From: Trueperaceae bacterium
GTDB taxonomy: Bacteria > Deinococcota > Deinococci > Deinococcales > Trueperaceae
Assembly: GCA_040905465.1 (NCBI GenBank)
Contig: JBBDRK010000034.1
Coordinates: 4,002 to 41,386, forward strand
Length of the DNA: 37,385 nucleotides
Direction of reading: 5' to 3'
Each line of letters opens with the position of its first letter. Within the stretch, counting starts at the first letter, position 1. The notes below the pieces were generated by a model that was not told the DNA's origin, searched no databases, and worked only from the letters and a program-made list of their open reading frames with translations. The position numbers and the translations under genes were made by a program. Below are positions 8,843-18,117 of this stretch, piece by piece.

Positions 8843-10120
8843 TCAGTCGTCGCCCGAGTCGGCCGGCCGCTCGGCGCCCGAGGCCTTGGCCGCCGCCTTC
8901 ACGTCCCTGTCCACGTCCACGTCCGCCTCCGCCTCTACTCCGGCGAAGTGACCGCGCCGCGCCAGGAGCAGGACGATGGAGGTGCAGGAAATCAGGGCGG
9001 CGATCGGGAACATCGCCTGGAAGCCTACGGTCTGGGCGATAAGGCCCAGCGCCAGCGGTCCGGTCACCTGCATGAGGCGGTTGGCGGTGAGCCGCAGGCC
9101 GAACGCCATGCCGCGCTCCTTGGCCGCCACCCGGTCCACCACCGCCACCATGGTGAGCGGCTGGGCGATGCCCAGCCCCACACCGACGAGCAGAGCGACG
9201 CAGGCGAGCGCCCAGATGGAATCGCCGTACACGATTCCCGCCAAGCCGACGATGCTCATAGTCATGGTGACCAGCAGGGTGCGGAAGCGCCCTCCGAGGT
9301 GGCTGATGATCAGCGGCATGAACGGCCGTACCATTATCGTTACCAGCGCCCGCAAGCTGATCACCGCACCTATGACCGTGGCCGGAAATGCGAGCAGGTC
9401 CAGGTAGGCGGGCAGGAACGACTGGTAGCCCAGCGCGGGAATCATGAGCGTGCCGCTGACCAGCAGCGCCAGCTGCACTCCCGGATTGCGCAGGAGTCGG
9501 GACACCTGTGCCGGGCTGGGAAAACGATGCGGCTCGCTGCTGACGGTGCGCTCCGGCTGTCGCAGCCGCACTACCAGCAGCACGGACAGGGTCGACAGTA
9601 CACCCGACAGGGCGAACGCCTCCTCGAAACCGAGCAGGTCGACAGTGACGCCGGCGATGAGCGGGCCCAGCAACTGGCCACCCGAGATGAAGGTGCTGTA
9701 CCAGCCGAAGTTCTGCTCGCGCCGGCGACCGCCGCCCAGTGTGGCCACGAAGCTCTGCGCGGCGACAACCGCCAGCAACTGCCCCAGGCCCCCCAGCACC
9801 TGCAGCAGTCCTAGCGCCGCGAACCCCGGAAACAGCGGTACCAGGAACGGCGAGAGCCCCACCAGCAGCGTGCCGGCTATCAACATGCCGCGCGAGCCGT
9901 ATCGGTCGACGAGCGACCCTGCCGGGATCGCCAGGAACAGGGGGAACAGGAAGGCGGCCGCAATGACAACGCCTATGACCGCGGGAGATGCTCCCAGCGC
10001 CACGCTGTAGAGCGGCGCCAGTGGCGCGATCATCGTGTGACCGACGAACATCAGGCCGATGGCGGCGCAAAGGGTCCAGAATCGGGCCGGGTCCGCTGGC
10101 GGGCCGCCGGCGGGCTTCAC
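8843..10120 (-). CDS. MFS transporter
   Basis: About 12 hydrophobic segments; motif A-like GSLVDRYGSR. Confidence 0.92.
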   Translation of the reverse strand: MKPAGGPPADPARFWTLCAAIGLMFVGHTMIAPLAPLYSVALGASPAVIGVVIAAAFLFPLFLAIPAGSLVDRYGSRGMLIAGTLLVGLSPFLVPLFPGFAALGLLQVLGGLGQLLAVVAAQSFVATLGGGRRREQNFGWYSTFISGGQLLGPLIAGVTVDLLGFEEAFALSGVLSTLSVLLVVRLRQPERTVSSEPHRFPSPAQVSRLLRNPGVQLALLVSGTLMIPALGYQSFLPAYLDLLAFPATVIGAVISLRALVTIMVRPFMPLIISHLGGRFRTLLVTMTMSIVGLAGIVYGDSIWALACVALLVGVGLGIAQPLTMVAVVDRVAAKERGMAFGLRLTANRLMQVTGPLALGLIAQTVGFQAMFPIAALISCTSIVLLLARRGHFAGVEAEADVDVDRDVKAAAKASGAERPADSGDD

Positions 10121-10124
10121 ACTC

Positions 10125-11093
10125 TCACGGCTCGAGCAGCAGCTTGCCCGTGCTCTGGCGCGACTCCAGGTAGCGGTGTGCTTCGGCCGCCTCGGCCAAG
10201 GGGAAGATGCGGGTCACCGGAACCGTGATGTCGCCGGCGGCCAGCAGGTCGAGCATCGCGACGGCCGCCTGCCTCACGCCCTCCGGCCTGTTGCGACGGT
10301 AGTGACCGCTTGAGTAGCCGATCACTGTGCGGTTCGCTGAATGTAGCAGGCCGGTGCCCACATGGCCGTCGCCGCCGGCGTTGCCGAACACCACCACGCG
10401 GCCGAACGGCGCCAGCAGCTCGAGCCCTTCAGCGAAGTGTTCGCCAGCCACCGGGTCGAGGCTCAGATCGATTCCCTCGGGAGCCGCCTCCCACAGCCGC
10501 TCGACCAGCTCGGCGCCGCGGCCCACGACCACCGTGTCGGCGCCGTACGATTCGGCGACCTCGCGCTTGGCATCGCTGCCGACGGCGGCGATGATGCGGC
10601 CGGCGCCAAGCTTGCGGGCCAGTTGCAGCAGCACCGTCCCGACGCCGCCGGCGGCGCCGTGTATCAGCACCGTTTCGCCCGGGTCGAGCCGCCCCTTCAC
10701 TACCAGGACGTTGTAGGCGGTCATCAGCACCACCACGCCGGCAGCCTGGCGTAGATCGGCACCCTCCGGCAGCGGATAGCAGAGCTCCTTGCGGGCGCGG
10801 ACCGTTTCAGCATAGGCGCCACCCTCGGTGGCCGCTGCCACCAGCTGGCCGTGCTCGATGCCCTGAACGCCGCTGCCGACCGCGATGACTTCGCCGGCGA
10901 CGTCGAGTCCCGGGATGAACGGAGTCTTGCGCGCCCCGTGATAGCTGCCCCGGCGCCCTTTCACGTCAGCGAAGTTGATGCTTATGTAGCGGCTGCGGAC
11001 CAGCACCTCACCCGCAGCCGCCTCCGGTTCGGGTACCGTCTGGAGCCGCAACACTTCTGGGCCGCCCAGTTCGCTGACAACGATGGCACGCAT
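10125..11093 (-). CDS. Zinc-independent MDR oxidoreductase (NADPH:quinone reductase / enoyl reductase-like)
   Basis: Start MRAIVVSELGGPEVL after RBS agaggagg; INFAD, PGLDVAG, HGAAGGVG, STGKLLL. Confidence 0.92.
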   Translation of the reverse strand: MRAIVVSELGGPEVLRLQTVPEPEAAAGEVLVRSRYISINFADVKGRRGSYHGARKTPFIPGLDVAGEVIAVGSGVQGIEHGQLVAAATEGGAYAETVRARKELCYPLPEGADLRQAAGVVVLMTAYNVLVVKGRLDPGETVLIHGAAGGVGTVLLQLARKLGAGRIIAAVGSDAKREVAESYGADTVVVGRGAELVERLWEAAPEGIDLSLDPVAGEHFAEGLELLAPFGRVVVFGNAGGDGHVGTGLLHSANRTVIGYSSGHYRRNRPEGVRQAAVAMLDLLAAGDITVPVTRIFPLAEAAEAHRYLESRQSTGKLLLEP

Positions 11094-11269
11094 CGGCACT
11101 CCTCCTCTGGTAACTCTGTTCCCGCCGGCAAGTTCGTCTTGCTTCGGCATCACTCTGTCCTTCAACAGCCGGCTCCATCCGGAAAGCCACTCGGCCTCGG
11201 TAACGCGCTCCTGCGTTCGGTTCCCGGCCTGCGACCGGGGCCGGATCACTCCCTATGAGCCGAAGCGGT

Positions 11270-12478
11270 TCAGGAAGTGAGTTCCAGCAGTTCGCCGGCC
11301 ACGTACCTGCCGATCGCCAGCGAGGCTGTCGCTGCCGGCGAGGGTGCGTTGAGCACGTGCAACGCCCGTTCCGAGGAGATGAACACGAACTCGTCCACCA
11401 GCGAACCGTCCGGATTGAGCGCCTGCGCGCGAACCCCGGCGCCGCCCCGGACGACATCCTCGTCGCGCAGCTCGGGCACCAGCCTCTGCAGCGACTCCAC
11501 GAACGCCCGCTTGTTGAGCGAGCGGTAGTACTCGTAGGCGGCAACCCGCCAGTGCTTGCGAACCAGCTGCCACACCCCGGGATAGCGCAGCGCTCCGACG
11601 AGCTCGGACGGGTTGATCCGGCTCCAGTCGTAGCCTTCGCGTGCGAACGCGAAGACGGCGTTCGGGCCGGCTTCCACCTCGCCGTCGACGGTGCTGGTGA
11701 GGTGCACCCCCAGGAAGGGGAAGCTTGGGTCCGGCACCGGATAGATGGTGCCGCGCACCAGCTCGCGCCGCTCCGGCGTCAGCTTGTAATACTCGCCGCG
11801 GAAGGGCACGATCTGCACATCGGGCTTGTGGCCAGCCTGGCGGGCGATCTCGTCGGCATAGAGTCCGGCGCAGTTGACCAGGTAGCGACTCCGTATCTCG
11901 CCGCTGTCGGTGGAGATCCTCAGCATGCCGGGAGATTCCCTGATGCCTGTTACTCGGGCGCCAAACTCGAAGGCAGCGCCGCGCTCGCGCAGCAGCTCGG
12001 CGTACTTTTCGGCGATCCTGGCGTAATCGACTATCGCGGTATTCGGCGACCAGATCGCGCGCAGTCCGGCAGCGTGAGGTTCGATTTCGCGCAGCCGCTC
12101 CGGGCCGATGAGTTCCAGTCCCTGAACTCCGTTCTCGACCCCACGCTCGAATAGGGTCTCCAGCCGCGGTATCTCGTCCTCACGAGTCGCGACCACCACC
12201 TTGCCGCAGCGGTCGTAGGCGAGGCCGTGTTCCCGGCAGAACTCGCGCAGCAGCTCGACACCCTCCACGCACAGGCGCGCTCGCAGGGTGCCCGGGCGGT
12301 AGTAGATGCCGGAGTGCACTACGTTGCTGTTGTGGCCGGTCTGGTGCCGGGCTACGCCCTGTTCCTTCTCGAGCACCACGATCGACATGTCGGGCGCGCG
12401 CTGCGAGAGCGCCAATGCCGTGGCGAGGCCGATGATTCCTCCGCCTATGACGGCGAGATCGTAATCCGGATTGAGCAA
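11270..12478 (-). CDS. lhgO: L-2-hydroxyglutarate oxidase-like FAD oxidoreductase
   Basis: IGGGIIG, HQTGHNS..HSGIYY, PFRGEYY, IYPVPDP.FPFLGVH, AGVRAQA, NAPSPAATAS. Confidence 0.9.
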   Translation of the reverse strand: MLNPDYDLAVIGGGIIGLATALALSQRAPDMSIVVLEKEQGVARHQTGHNSNVVHSGIYYRPGTLRARLCVEGVELLREFCREHGLAYDRCGKVVVATREDEIPRLETLFERGVENGVQGLELIGPERLREIEPHAAGLRAIWSPNTAIVDYARIAEKYAELLRERGAAFEFGARVTGIRESPGMLRISTDSGEIRSRYLVNCAGLYADEIARQAGHKPDVQIVPFRGEYYKLTPERRELVRGTIYPVPDPSFPFLGVHLTSTVDGEVEAGPNAVFAFAREGYDWSRINPSELVGALRYPGVWQLVRKHWRVAAYEYYRSLNKRAFVESLQRLVPELRDEDVVRGGAGVRAQALNPDGSLVDEFVFISSERALHVLNAPSPAATASLAIGRYVAGELLELTS

Positions 12479-12549
12479 CCGCTACCTCCTGTATTCCCGC
12501 ACCAGCGTTTCACGCCGCAGCGCCGCCTCGCGTGCCGAAGACACGCGGA

Positions 12550-13911
12550 TCAGGCAGTGTCATCGTCCTCGTTCCGTTCTCCCGGCGTAGACGTCGACTG
12601 GGAGGACGACCACGGTTTCGCCTTCCCGACGGATTCGTCGTCGAGCTCGTCGTTGTGCTGGCCGAGGAGCGGGGGCGGCGTGGGCGACCGGCGGCCCGAG
12701 CGGCTGTAGCGCAAGGGGCTGCCGGGCAGCCGCAGCGTTCCCAGTGTGGGGTGCTCGACCTCGTCGATCAGGCCCAGATGCGCCACCTGTGGTGAGGCGT
12801 AGACCTCGTCGACACTCAGTATCCGCCCTGCCGGAATGCCGGCCGAGTCGAGCCTCTTCATCCACTCGTCGACCGAAGCCGCCCGCAGCGCCGGCGCCAT
12901 GGCGGCCTCCAGCTCTTCCACCCGCGCCACCCGCTCGCGGTTGCCGGCGAAGCGCGGTTCGTCGGGGTCGAGGTTCACCAGGGGGGCGAAGCGGCGCCAC
13001 AGCCCCTCGGAGCCGACCGCAATGTTGATGTCGCCGTCGGAGCATTCGAACGTCCCGTAGGGGGCGATCAGTGGGTGGCGATTGCCTTCGGCGGCGGGAA
13101 CGTCGCCCGCCAGCAGCCAGCGGGTGCCCTGGAAGGTATGGATGGCTACCATGCCGCCCAGTAACGAGGTGCTGACCCGCTGTCCGCGCCCGCTGCGGTT
13201 GCGCTCCACCAGCGCGCTCACCACCCCATAGGCACCGAACATGCCAGCCAGGATGTCGCCGATCGGCACACCGACCTTAGTCGGCGGTCCCCCGACCGGC
13301 CCGGTGAAGCTCATCAGGCCGCTCTCGCCCTGCACGATCTGGTCGAACCCCGGCCTGTGGCCGTCGGGTCCGCCTTCGCCGAAGCCGGTGATCGACAGAA
13401 CCACCAGTCGCGGGTTCAGGGCCTCGAGCTCGGACTCGCTCAGCCCTAGCCGTTCCATCACCCCCGGGCGGAAGTTCTCCACCAGCACGTCGGCGCCCTG
13501 GATCAGCCGGCGCAGCCGAGCTATGGCCGCCGGCTCCTTGAGGTCCAGCTCCAGGGACCTCTTGCCACGGTTGAGCGACAGGAAGTAGGCCGACTCCTGG
13601 CCCGCTGGCCCCAGACGCGCCGCTTCCTGCCCCGCTGCTTGCCGGCCTGCCGCATCCGGAGTCGCGGTTTGCTCGCTCGCGGGCCGCTTGCCCACGGAGT
13701 GCTCCAGGAACGGCGGACCCCAGCTGCGCGAGTCGTCGCCCTTGCCGGGACGCTCGACCTTGATCACCTCGGCGCCGCCATCGGCCATCATCTGTGTGGC
13801 GTAGGGACCGGCGAGTGCTCGTGTCAGGTCGATGACGGTGATGCCGTCGAGCGGGCCTCCGGCACCGGTTCGACGGTCGGCGGCCGGCGCGCCCTGGCGG
13901 GGCCGGCTCAC
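12550..13911 (-). CDS. Family III CoA-transferase (CaiB/BaiF)
   Basis: DLTRALAGP, VIKVERPGKGDDSR, NRGKRS, ENFRPG, catalytic Asp in KVGVPIGD. Confidence 0.95.
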   Translation of the reverse strand: MSRPRQGAPAADRRTGAGGPLDGITVIDLTRALAGPYATQMMADGGAEVIKVERPGKGDDSRSWGPPFLEHSVGKRPASEQTATPDAAGRQAAGQEAARLGPAGQESAYFLSLNRGKRSLELDLKEPAAIARLRRLIQGADVLVENFRPGVMERLGLSESELEALNPRLVVLSITGFGEGGPDGHRPGFDQIVQGESGLMSFTGPVGGPPTKVGVPIGDILAGMFGAYGVVSALVERNRSGRGQRVSTSLLGGMVAIHTFQGTRWLLAGDVPAAEGNRHPLIAPYGTFECSDGDINIAVGSEGLWRRFAPLVNLDPDEPRFAGNRERVARVEELEAAMAPALRAASVDEWMKRLDSAGIPAGRILSVDEVYASPQVAHLGLIDEVEHPTLGTLRLPGSPLRYSRSGRRSPTPPPLLGQHNDELDDESVGKAKPWSSSQSTSTPGERNEDDDTA

Positions 13912-14447
13912 CGGTCACCATGGTCTTCCAGTGCCTGACGGTGCAGCGCCGACTTGCGGAAGTACGATTCGGCGATCCTGTCGATCAACGCGCACTCCTC
14001 GTCGGTCACATCGCGCACTATCCGCCCGGGCACCCCGGCGACCAGCGAGCGCGCCGGTATCTCGCTGTTCTCCCGCACCACGGCGCCGGCGGCGATGAGC
14101 GAATAGCTGCCGATGCGGCAGCCGTTGAGAACGGTCGCCCGCATCCCTATCAGCACGTGATCCTCGATTCGGCTGCCGTGGACGAGCGCCCCGTGGCCGA
14201 GAGAGACCTCACGCCCGAGCACCAGCGGATGGCCCGGATCGGTATGCAGCACCGAGCCGTCCTGGATGTTGCAACGTTCACCTATGACTATCTCCTCGTT
14301 GTCGCCGCGCAGCACACTGCCGTACCAGACGCTGGCGCCCGACGCCAACGATACCCTGCCGATGAGAGTGCACATGGGAGCCACGAAGGCGTCGTTCGCC
14401 ATATCCGGCCGGTGGCCCCCGTAGGGCAGGATCAGCGCCCTGCTCAC
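13908..14447 (-). CDS. Gamma carbonic anhydrase family protein (PaaY/CaiE/YrdA-like)
   Basis: Hexapeptide repeats, LRGD, NIQDGSVLH, GHGALVHG (three metal-ligand His). Confidence 0.93.
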   Translation of the reverse strand: MSRALILPYGGHRPDMANDAFVAPMCTLIGRVSLASGASVWYGSVLRGDNEEIVIGERCNIQDGSVLHTDPGHPLVLGREVSLGHGALVHGSRIEDHVLIGMRATVLNGCRIGSYSLIAAGAVVRENSEIPARSLVAGVPGRIVRDVTDEECALIDRIAESYFRKSALHRQALEDHGDR

Positions 14448-15301
14448 AGCGGCTCTCCCGGCACGACGTAGCCGAGCTGCCGGGACAACTCCGCGCCGGC
14501 GGATATCGCCAACCCGGCGATCGACTCGAGCCGTTCCCGTGGCATGCGCACCGCCGGCCCGGTCACGCTCAGACTGGCGACCACCGCCCCGGTGTGGTTG
14601 GCGACCGGCACGGCGACGGTATGAATGTCGTGCACGCGCTCGCCGAACGACAGCGCGTAGCCGCGCCGCCTGATCTCGTCGAGCTCACCACGGAGCTCGG
14701 CCGCATCGGTGGGGGTCACGTCGGTGACCGCCTCGAGTGGCCCGGCCAGAATCGCTTCGCGGGCCTCGGGCGACAGAAAGGCCAGCAAGACCTTGCTTGG
14801 CGCCCCCTGGTGCAGCGGGATCGGTTGGCCCAGTTCGGTGTAGGTGCGTCTTAGCGGCTTGTGGCTCTCGGCCTGGTCAACCACCACTCGCCGATTGTCG
14901 GCGCGGAGGATGTGCAGTCCAACCGTCTCGTCGCTGGCGTCGCGCAGTCGCTGCATCAGCGGCAGCGCCGCCTGACGCACGTTCACGTGGCCGCTTGCGA
15001 TATAAGCGAGCCTCAGGATGTGCGAGCCCAGGGCGTAACGCTTGCTGCCGCTGACCTGTTGAACCAGGCCATGAGCCAGCAGGCTGTTGAGCAGGCGGTG
15101 GGTGGTGCTTGTGTTCAGCCCCGTCAGGTGCGCTATGGCCGATAGGCCCAGCTCGCTACGTTCACGGGTGAACACGTTGAGAATCGCCACCGCCCGATCG
15201 AGAGAGCGAACGTCGCTGCCGGGCGCCGGCTTTGCCGCGCCCTCGCCGCCTCCGGTTGCCGCGGCGCTCTGTTGCCGGTGCCCGGGTGGATTTCCATGCA
15301 T
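14444..15301 (-). CDS. IclR family transcriptional regulator
   Basis: VRSLDRAVAIL, HTH (STTHRLLNSL), ETVGL, RRRGYALS, VAVPV..SLSVTGP; exact start uncertain. Confidence 0.94.
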   Translation of the reverse strand: MHGNPPGHRQQSAAATGGGEGAAKPAPGSDVRSLDRAVAILNVFTRERSELGLSAIAHLTGLNTSTTHRLLNSLLAHGLVQQVSGSKRYALGSHILRLAYIASGHVNVRQAALPLMQRLRDASDETVGLHILRADNRRVVVDQAESHKPLRRTYTELGQPIPLHQGAPSKVLLAFLSPEAREAILAGPLEAVTDVTPTDAAELRGELDEIRRRGYALSFGERVHDIHTVAVPVANHTGAVVASLSVTGPAVRMPRERLESIAGLAISAGAELSRQLGYVVPGEPL

Positions 15302-15378
15302 TACAGGTTCACCATTCCCATGCTCGACTCCTGCCGTGTCAGTGCCGGTTGCGAGGCATATCGCAGAGGGCGCGATGC

Positions 15379-15408
15379 TTGACTCGCCTGCAAGATATCA
15401 CGTAAGCT
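15379..15408 (+). promoter_or_regulatory. sigma70-type promoter of the CoA-transferase/tct operon
   Basis: TTGACT (15379-15384), 18-bp spacer, TAAGCT (15403-15408). Confidence 0.65.
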
Positions 15409-15427
15409 GTCCACAATACAAAATCCT

Positions 15428-15444
15428 TTCCCACCAGGTGGGAA
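15428..15444. promoter_or_regulatory. Probable IclR operator
   Basis: Perfect palindrome TTCCCACC-A-GGTGGGAA in the divergent intergenic region, downstream of the -10 element. Confidence 0.72.
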
Positions 15445-15540
15445 TTCCATCGAGACTGACCGGCCCCGCCGGCAAGCAGGCTCACCCCTGACGGGCTCAC
15501 CCGAAACGATGACCGGGCCTGCGAAAGGAGCAGACCAAAA

Positions 15541-16776
15541 GTGTTGCCGCTGGACGGATTCAAGGTCCTCGACCTCACCCGCTTTCTTTCCGGGCCCTAC
15601 TGCACGATGGTCCTGGCGGACATGGGCGCCGACGTCATCAAGGTCGAGAACTTCCCGGAAGGGGACGACTCTCGCCGCCTCGGTCCCAAGGTCAACGGCG
15701 AGAGCTATCCCGCCGCCATGCCCAACCGGAACAAGCGCAGCCTGGCAGTGAACCTCAAAGAGGACCGGGGCCGCGAGCTGTTCCTGCGGCTGGCCACGGA
15801 GAGCGACCTGGTGATCGAGAACTTCAGGCCGGGCGTGACCTCCAGGCTGGGTGTCGATTACCAGGCAGTCAAGGCCTTAAATCCCAAGATCATCTACTGC
15901 TCCATCACCGGCTTCGGTCAGACCGGGCCATACCGCGACCGTCCCGGTTTCGATATCATCGCCCAGGGTGTGACAGGCTTCATGCGCATGACCGGCGCGC
16001 CGGGCGGCGAACCGGCCAAGGTGGGGATAGCCATCAGCGACATCGCCGCCGGTGCGACGGCCGCACAGGCGATCCTGGCGGCGGAGATCCACCGGATGCG
16101 CTCGGGTGAGGGCCAGTACATCGACATCTCGCTGGTCGACGCAGGTTTGGCATGGACAGTCTGGGAAGCGGGCGCCTACTTCGGCAGCGGCGAACTGCCG
16201 CAGCCGATGGGCAGCCGTCACCGGCGCTCCGCTCCCTACCAGGCGTTTCGCACGGCAGACGGTTACGTGACGATCGGCGCCAACAACCAGCGGCTGTGGC
16301 AGCGCCTGTGCAACGACGTGCTGGACCGACCCGAATGGCTCGCGGACCCGCGCTACGCAGAGGGGCCCGCGCGCCTGGAGCATGTCGACGAGCTCACACG
16401 AGACATCGAAGAGATAGTCAGCCAACAGCCGACGCAGTACTGGGTCGAGCGCCTCGACGACGCCGGGGTGCCGGGCGGGCCGGTTCTGCGCTACGACGAG
16501 ACGCTCCGCAACGAACAGGTGCTGGCCCGCGAGATGGTCGTAGAGATGGAACACCCCAAGATCGGCCCCATGCGCGCTCTGGGAATTCCCGCCAAGATGT
16601 CGGGCACGCCGTTCACAGTGCGCGCTCCGGCGCCCTGGTTGGGGCAGCACACCAGCGAGGTCCTCGCCGGTGCCGGCTTCGCCGCCGAGGAGATCGCCGA
16701 TCTCTACCGCAGCGAGGTCGTCTTCGACCGATACCGTGAGCCGAGCGTCGAGGAGGCGCGAACCGATGACAAATGA
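15541..16776 (+). CDS. Family III CoA-transferase (CaiB/BaiF)
   Basis: RBS aaggag; DLTRFLSGP, NRNKRS, ENFRPG, catalytic Asp in KVGIAISD. Confidence 0.95.
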   Translation: MLPLDGFKVLDLTRFLSGPYCTMVLADMGADVIKVENFPEGDDSRRLGPKVNGESYPAAMPNRNKRSLAVNLKEDRGRELFLRLATESDLVIENFRPGVTSRLGVDYQAVKALNPKIIYCSITGFGQTGPYRDRPGFDIIAQGVTGFMRMTGAPGGEPAKVGIAISDIAAGATAAQAILAAEIHRMRSGEGQYIDISLVDAGLAWTVWEAGAYFGSGELPQPMGSRHRRSAPYQAFRTADGYVTIGANNQRLWQRLCNDVLDRPEWLADPRYAEGPARLEHVDELTRDIEEIVSQQPTQYWVERLDDAGVPGGPVLRYDETLRNEQVLAREMVVEMEHPKIGPMRALGIPAKMSGTPFTVRAPAPWLGQHTSEVLAGAGFAAEEIADLYRSEVVFDRYREPSVEEARTDDK

Positions 16777-17572
16777 GAAGATTCCTACCAACCAGGGGCT
16801 CGATGAGCTGTACCTGGAGAAGGACGGTGCGATAGCCACACTGGTCATCAACCGTCCTGAGAAGCGCAACCCAATCAGCTTCCGTATGTGGCAGGCACTA
16901 CCGTCGCTGGTGGCCGAGGTGGAGGCCGACGACGCAGTCAAAGTGCTGGTGCTGCGTGGCGCCGGCGATGCGGCGTTCTCGGCCGGCGCGGACATCAGCG
17001 AGTTCGACAGGTACCGCGCGGACTCCGAGGGAGCGCGACTCTACAACGAGGCCACCCATGACGGAGAGCGGGCATTGGTCGGCCTGAGCAAGCCATCTAT
17101 CGCCATGGTGCGGGGATTTTGCATCGGCGGCGGCTGCGAGTTGGCTTTGGCATGCGATTTCCGTTTCTCCGACACCACCGGACGTTTCGGCATAACGCCG
17201 GCCAGGCTAGGAATCGTCTACAGCCTTACGGCCACCAAGCAACTCGTCGACCTCGTAGGTCCGGCGACGGCGAAGTACATCCTCTTCTCGGGCCAGCACG
17301 TCAGCGCCGAACGCGCCCTGGAGGTGGGGCTGGTCGATGAGCTGCTGGCCCCGGAAGAGCTGAACGCCCGCACCCGGGAGTTCGCGGAGCTTCTTGCCAG
17401 CAGGTCGCAGTACTCGATCCGCAGCATGAAGCAGATCATCGGCCGGATTGTCGGCGGCCAGGTCGACGACGACGCCGAAACGACAGCCATGCGCGACGAA
17501 TCGTTCGATACCGCGGACTACAAGGAGGGCGTTCGTGCCTTCCTGGAGAAGCGTCCGCCGCGGTTTGGGTAG
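16766..17572 (+). CDS. Crotonase-superfamily protein (enoyl-CoA hydratase/isomerase-like)
   Basis: NRPEKRN, AFSAGADI, CIGGGCELALACDFR, EGVRAFLEKRPP; RBS gaggagg. Confidence 0.93.
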   Translation: MTNEKIPTNQGLDELYLEKDGAIATLVINRPEKRNPISFRMWQALPSLVAEVEADDAVKVLVLRGAGDAAFSAGADISEFDRYRADSEGARLYNEATHDGERALVGLSKPSIAMVRGFCIGGGCELALACDFRFSDTTGRFGITPARLGIVYSLTATKQLVDLVGPATAKYILFSGQHVSAERALEVGLVDELLAPEELNARTREFAELLASRSQYSIRSMKQIIGRIVGGQVDDDAETTAMRDESFDTADYKEGVRAFLEKRPPRFG

Positions 17573-17584
17573 CCGGCACGAATC

Positions 17585-18055
17585 GTGGACGAGTCAGCCG
17601 CTCGCAGGAGGTTCGAACAGGCAGTCCGTGAAGCGGAGCCGGAGTTCGAAAGGTTCTTCCTGGCACGCTTCTTCGACCTCACCGTGAGTTTCGGCGACGA
17701 GACCTGCAGGGTGGACCTGCCGGTGTCCGACTACCTCTTCAACCCACAGGGATCGCTCCACGGCGGCGTTATGAGTTTCGCTCTCGACGTGTCGATGGGT
17801 CATCTCTGCAACCGGTTCCTGTCGACAGGTGTAACGCTCGAAATGAAGACTCAGTTCCTGAGGCCCGTAAGCGGCGACTGCCGCTGCGAGGCGTCGTTCC
17901 TCAAGAAGGGTCGGCGGGTGGCGTTCGTCGAGTCCCGCCTTCTCGATGCCCGGGACCGCCTGGCCGCGGTGGCCACGTCCACCTGGATGCTGCAGTCACC
18001 TTCTGAGCCACCTTCGGAGACGTCGACGGGGGGTGACAGGCATGCCCTAGGGTGA
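17585..18055 (+). CDS. PaaI family (hotdog-fold) thioesterase
   Basis: NPQGSLHGG...D motif, TLEMKTQFLRP. Confidence 0.9.
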   Translation: MDESAARRRFEQAVREAEPEFERFFLARFFDLTVSFGDETCRVDLPVSDYLFNPQGSLHGGVMSFALDVSMGHLCNRFLSTGVTLEMKTQFLRPVSGDCRCEASFLKKGRRVAFVESRLLDARDRLAAVATSTWMLQSPSEPPSETSTGGDRHALG

Positions 18056-18117
18056 TGCTGGTCGACGTAACCCAAGCTTGGATAGCTTCGTGCACTACCC
18101 CAGAAGGAGGAAGCGGA

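Noticed and set aside
8895-8945. 6-nt repeats in the MFS 3' end (EAEADVDVDRDV)
   Set aside because: Ordinary low-complexity disordered C-terminal tail
11094-11269. Possible riboswitch or ncRNA in the 176-bp gap between lhgO and the MDR gene
   Set aside because: No recognisable aptamer consensus or terminator; an Rfam/Infernal scan would be needed
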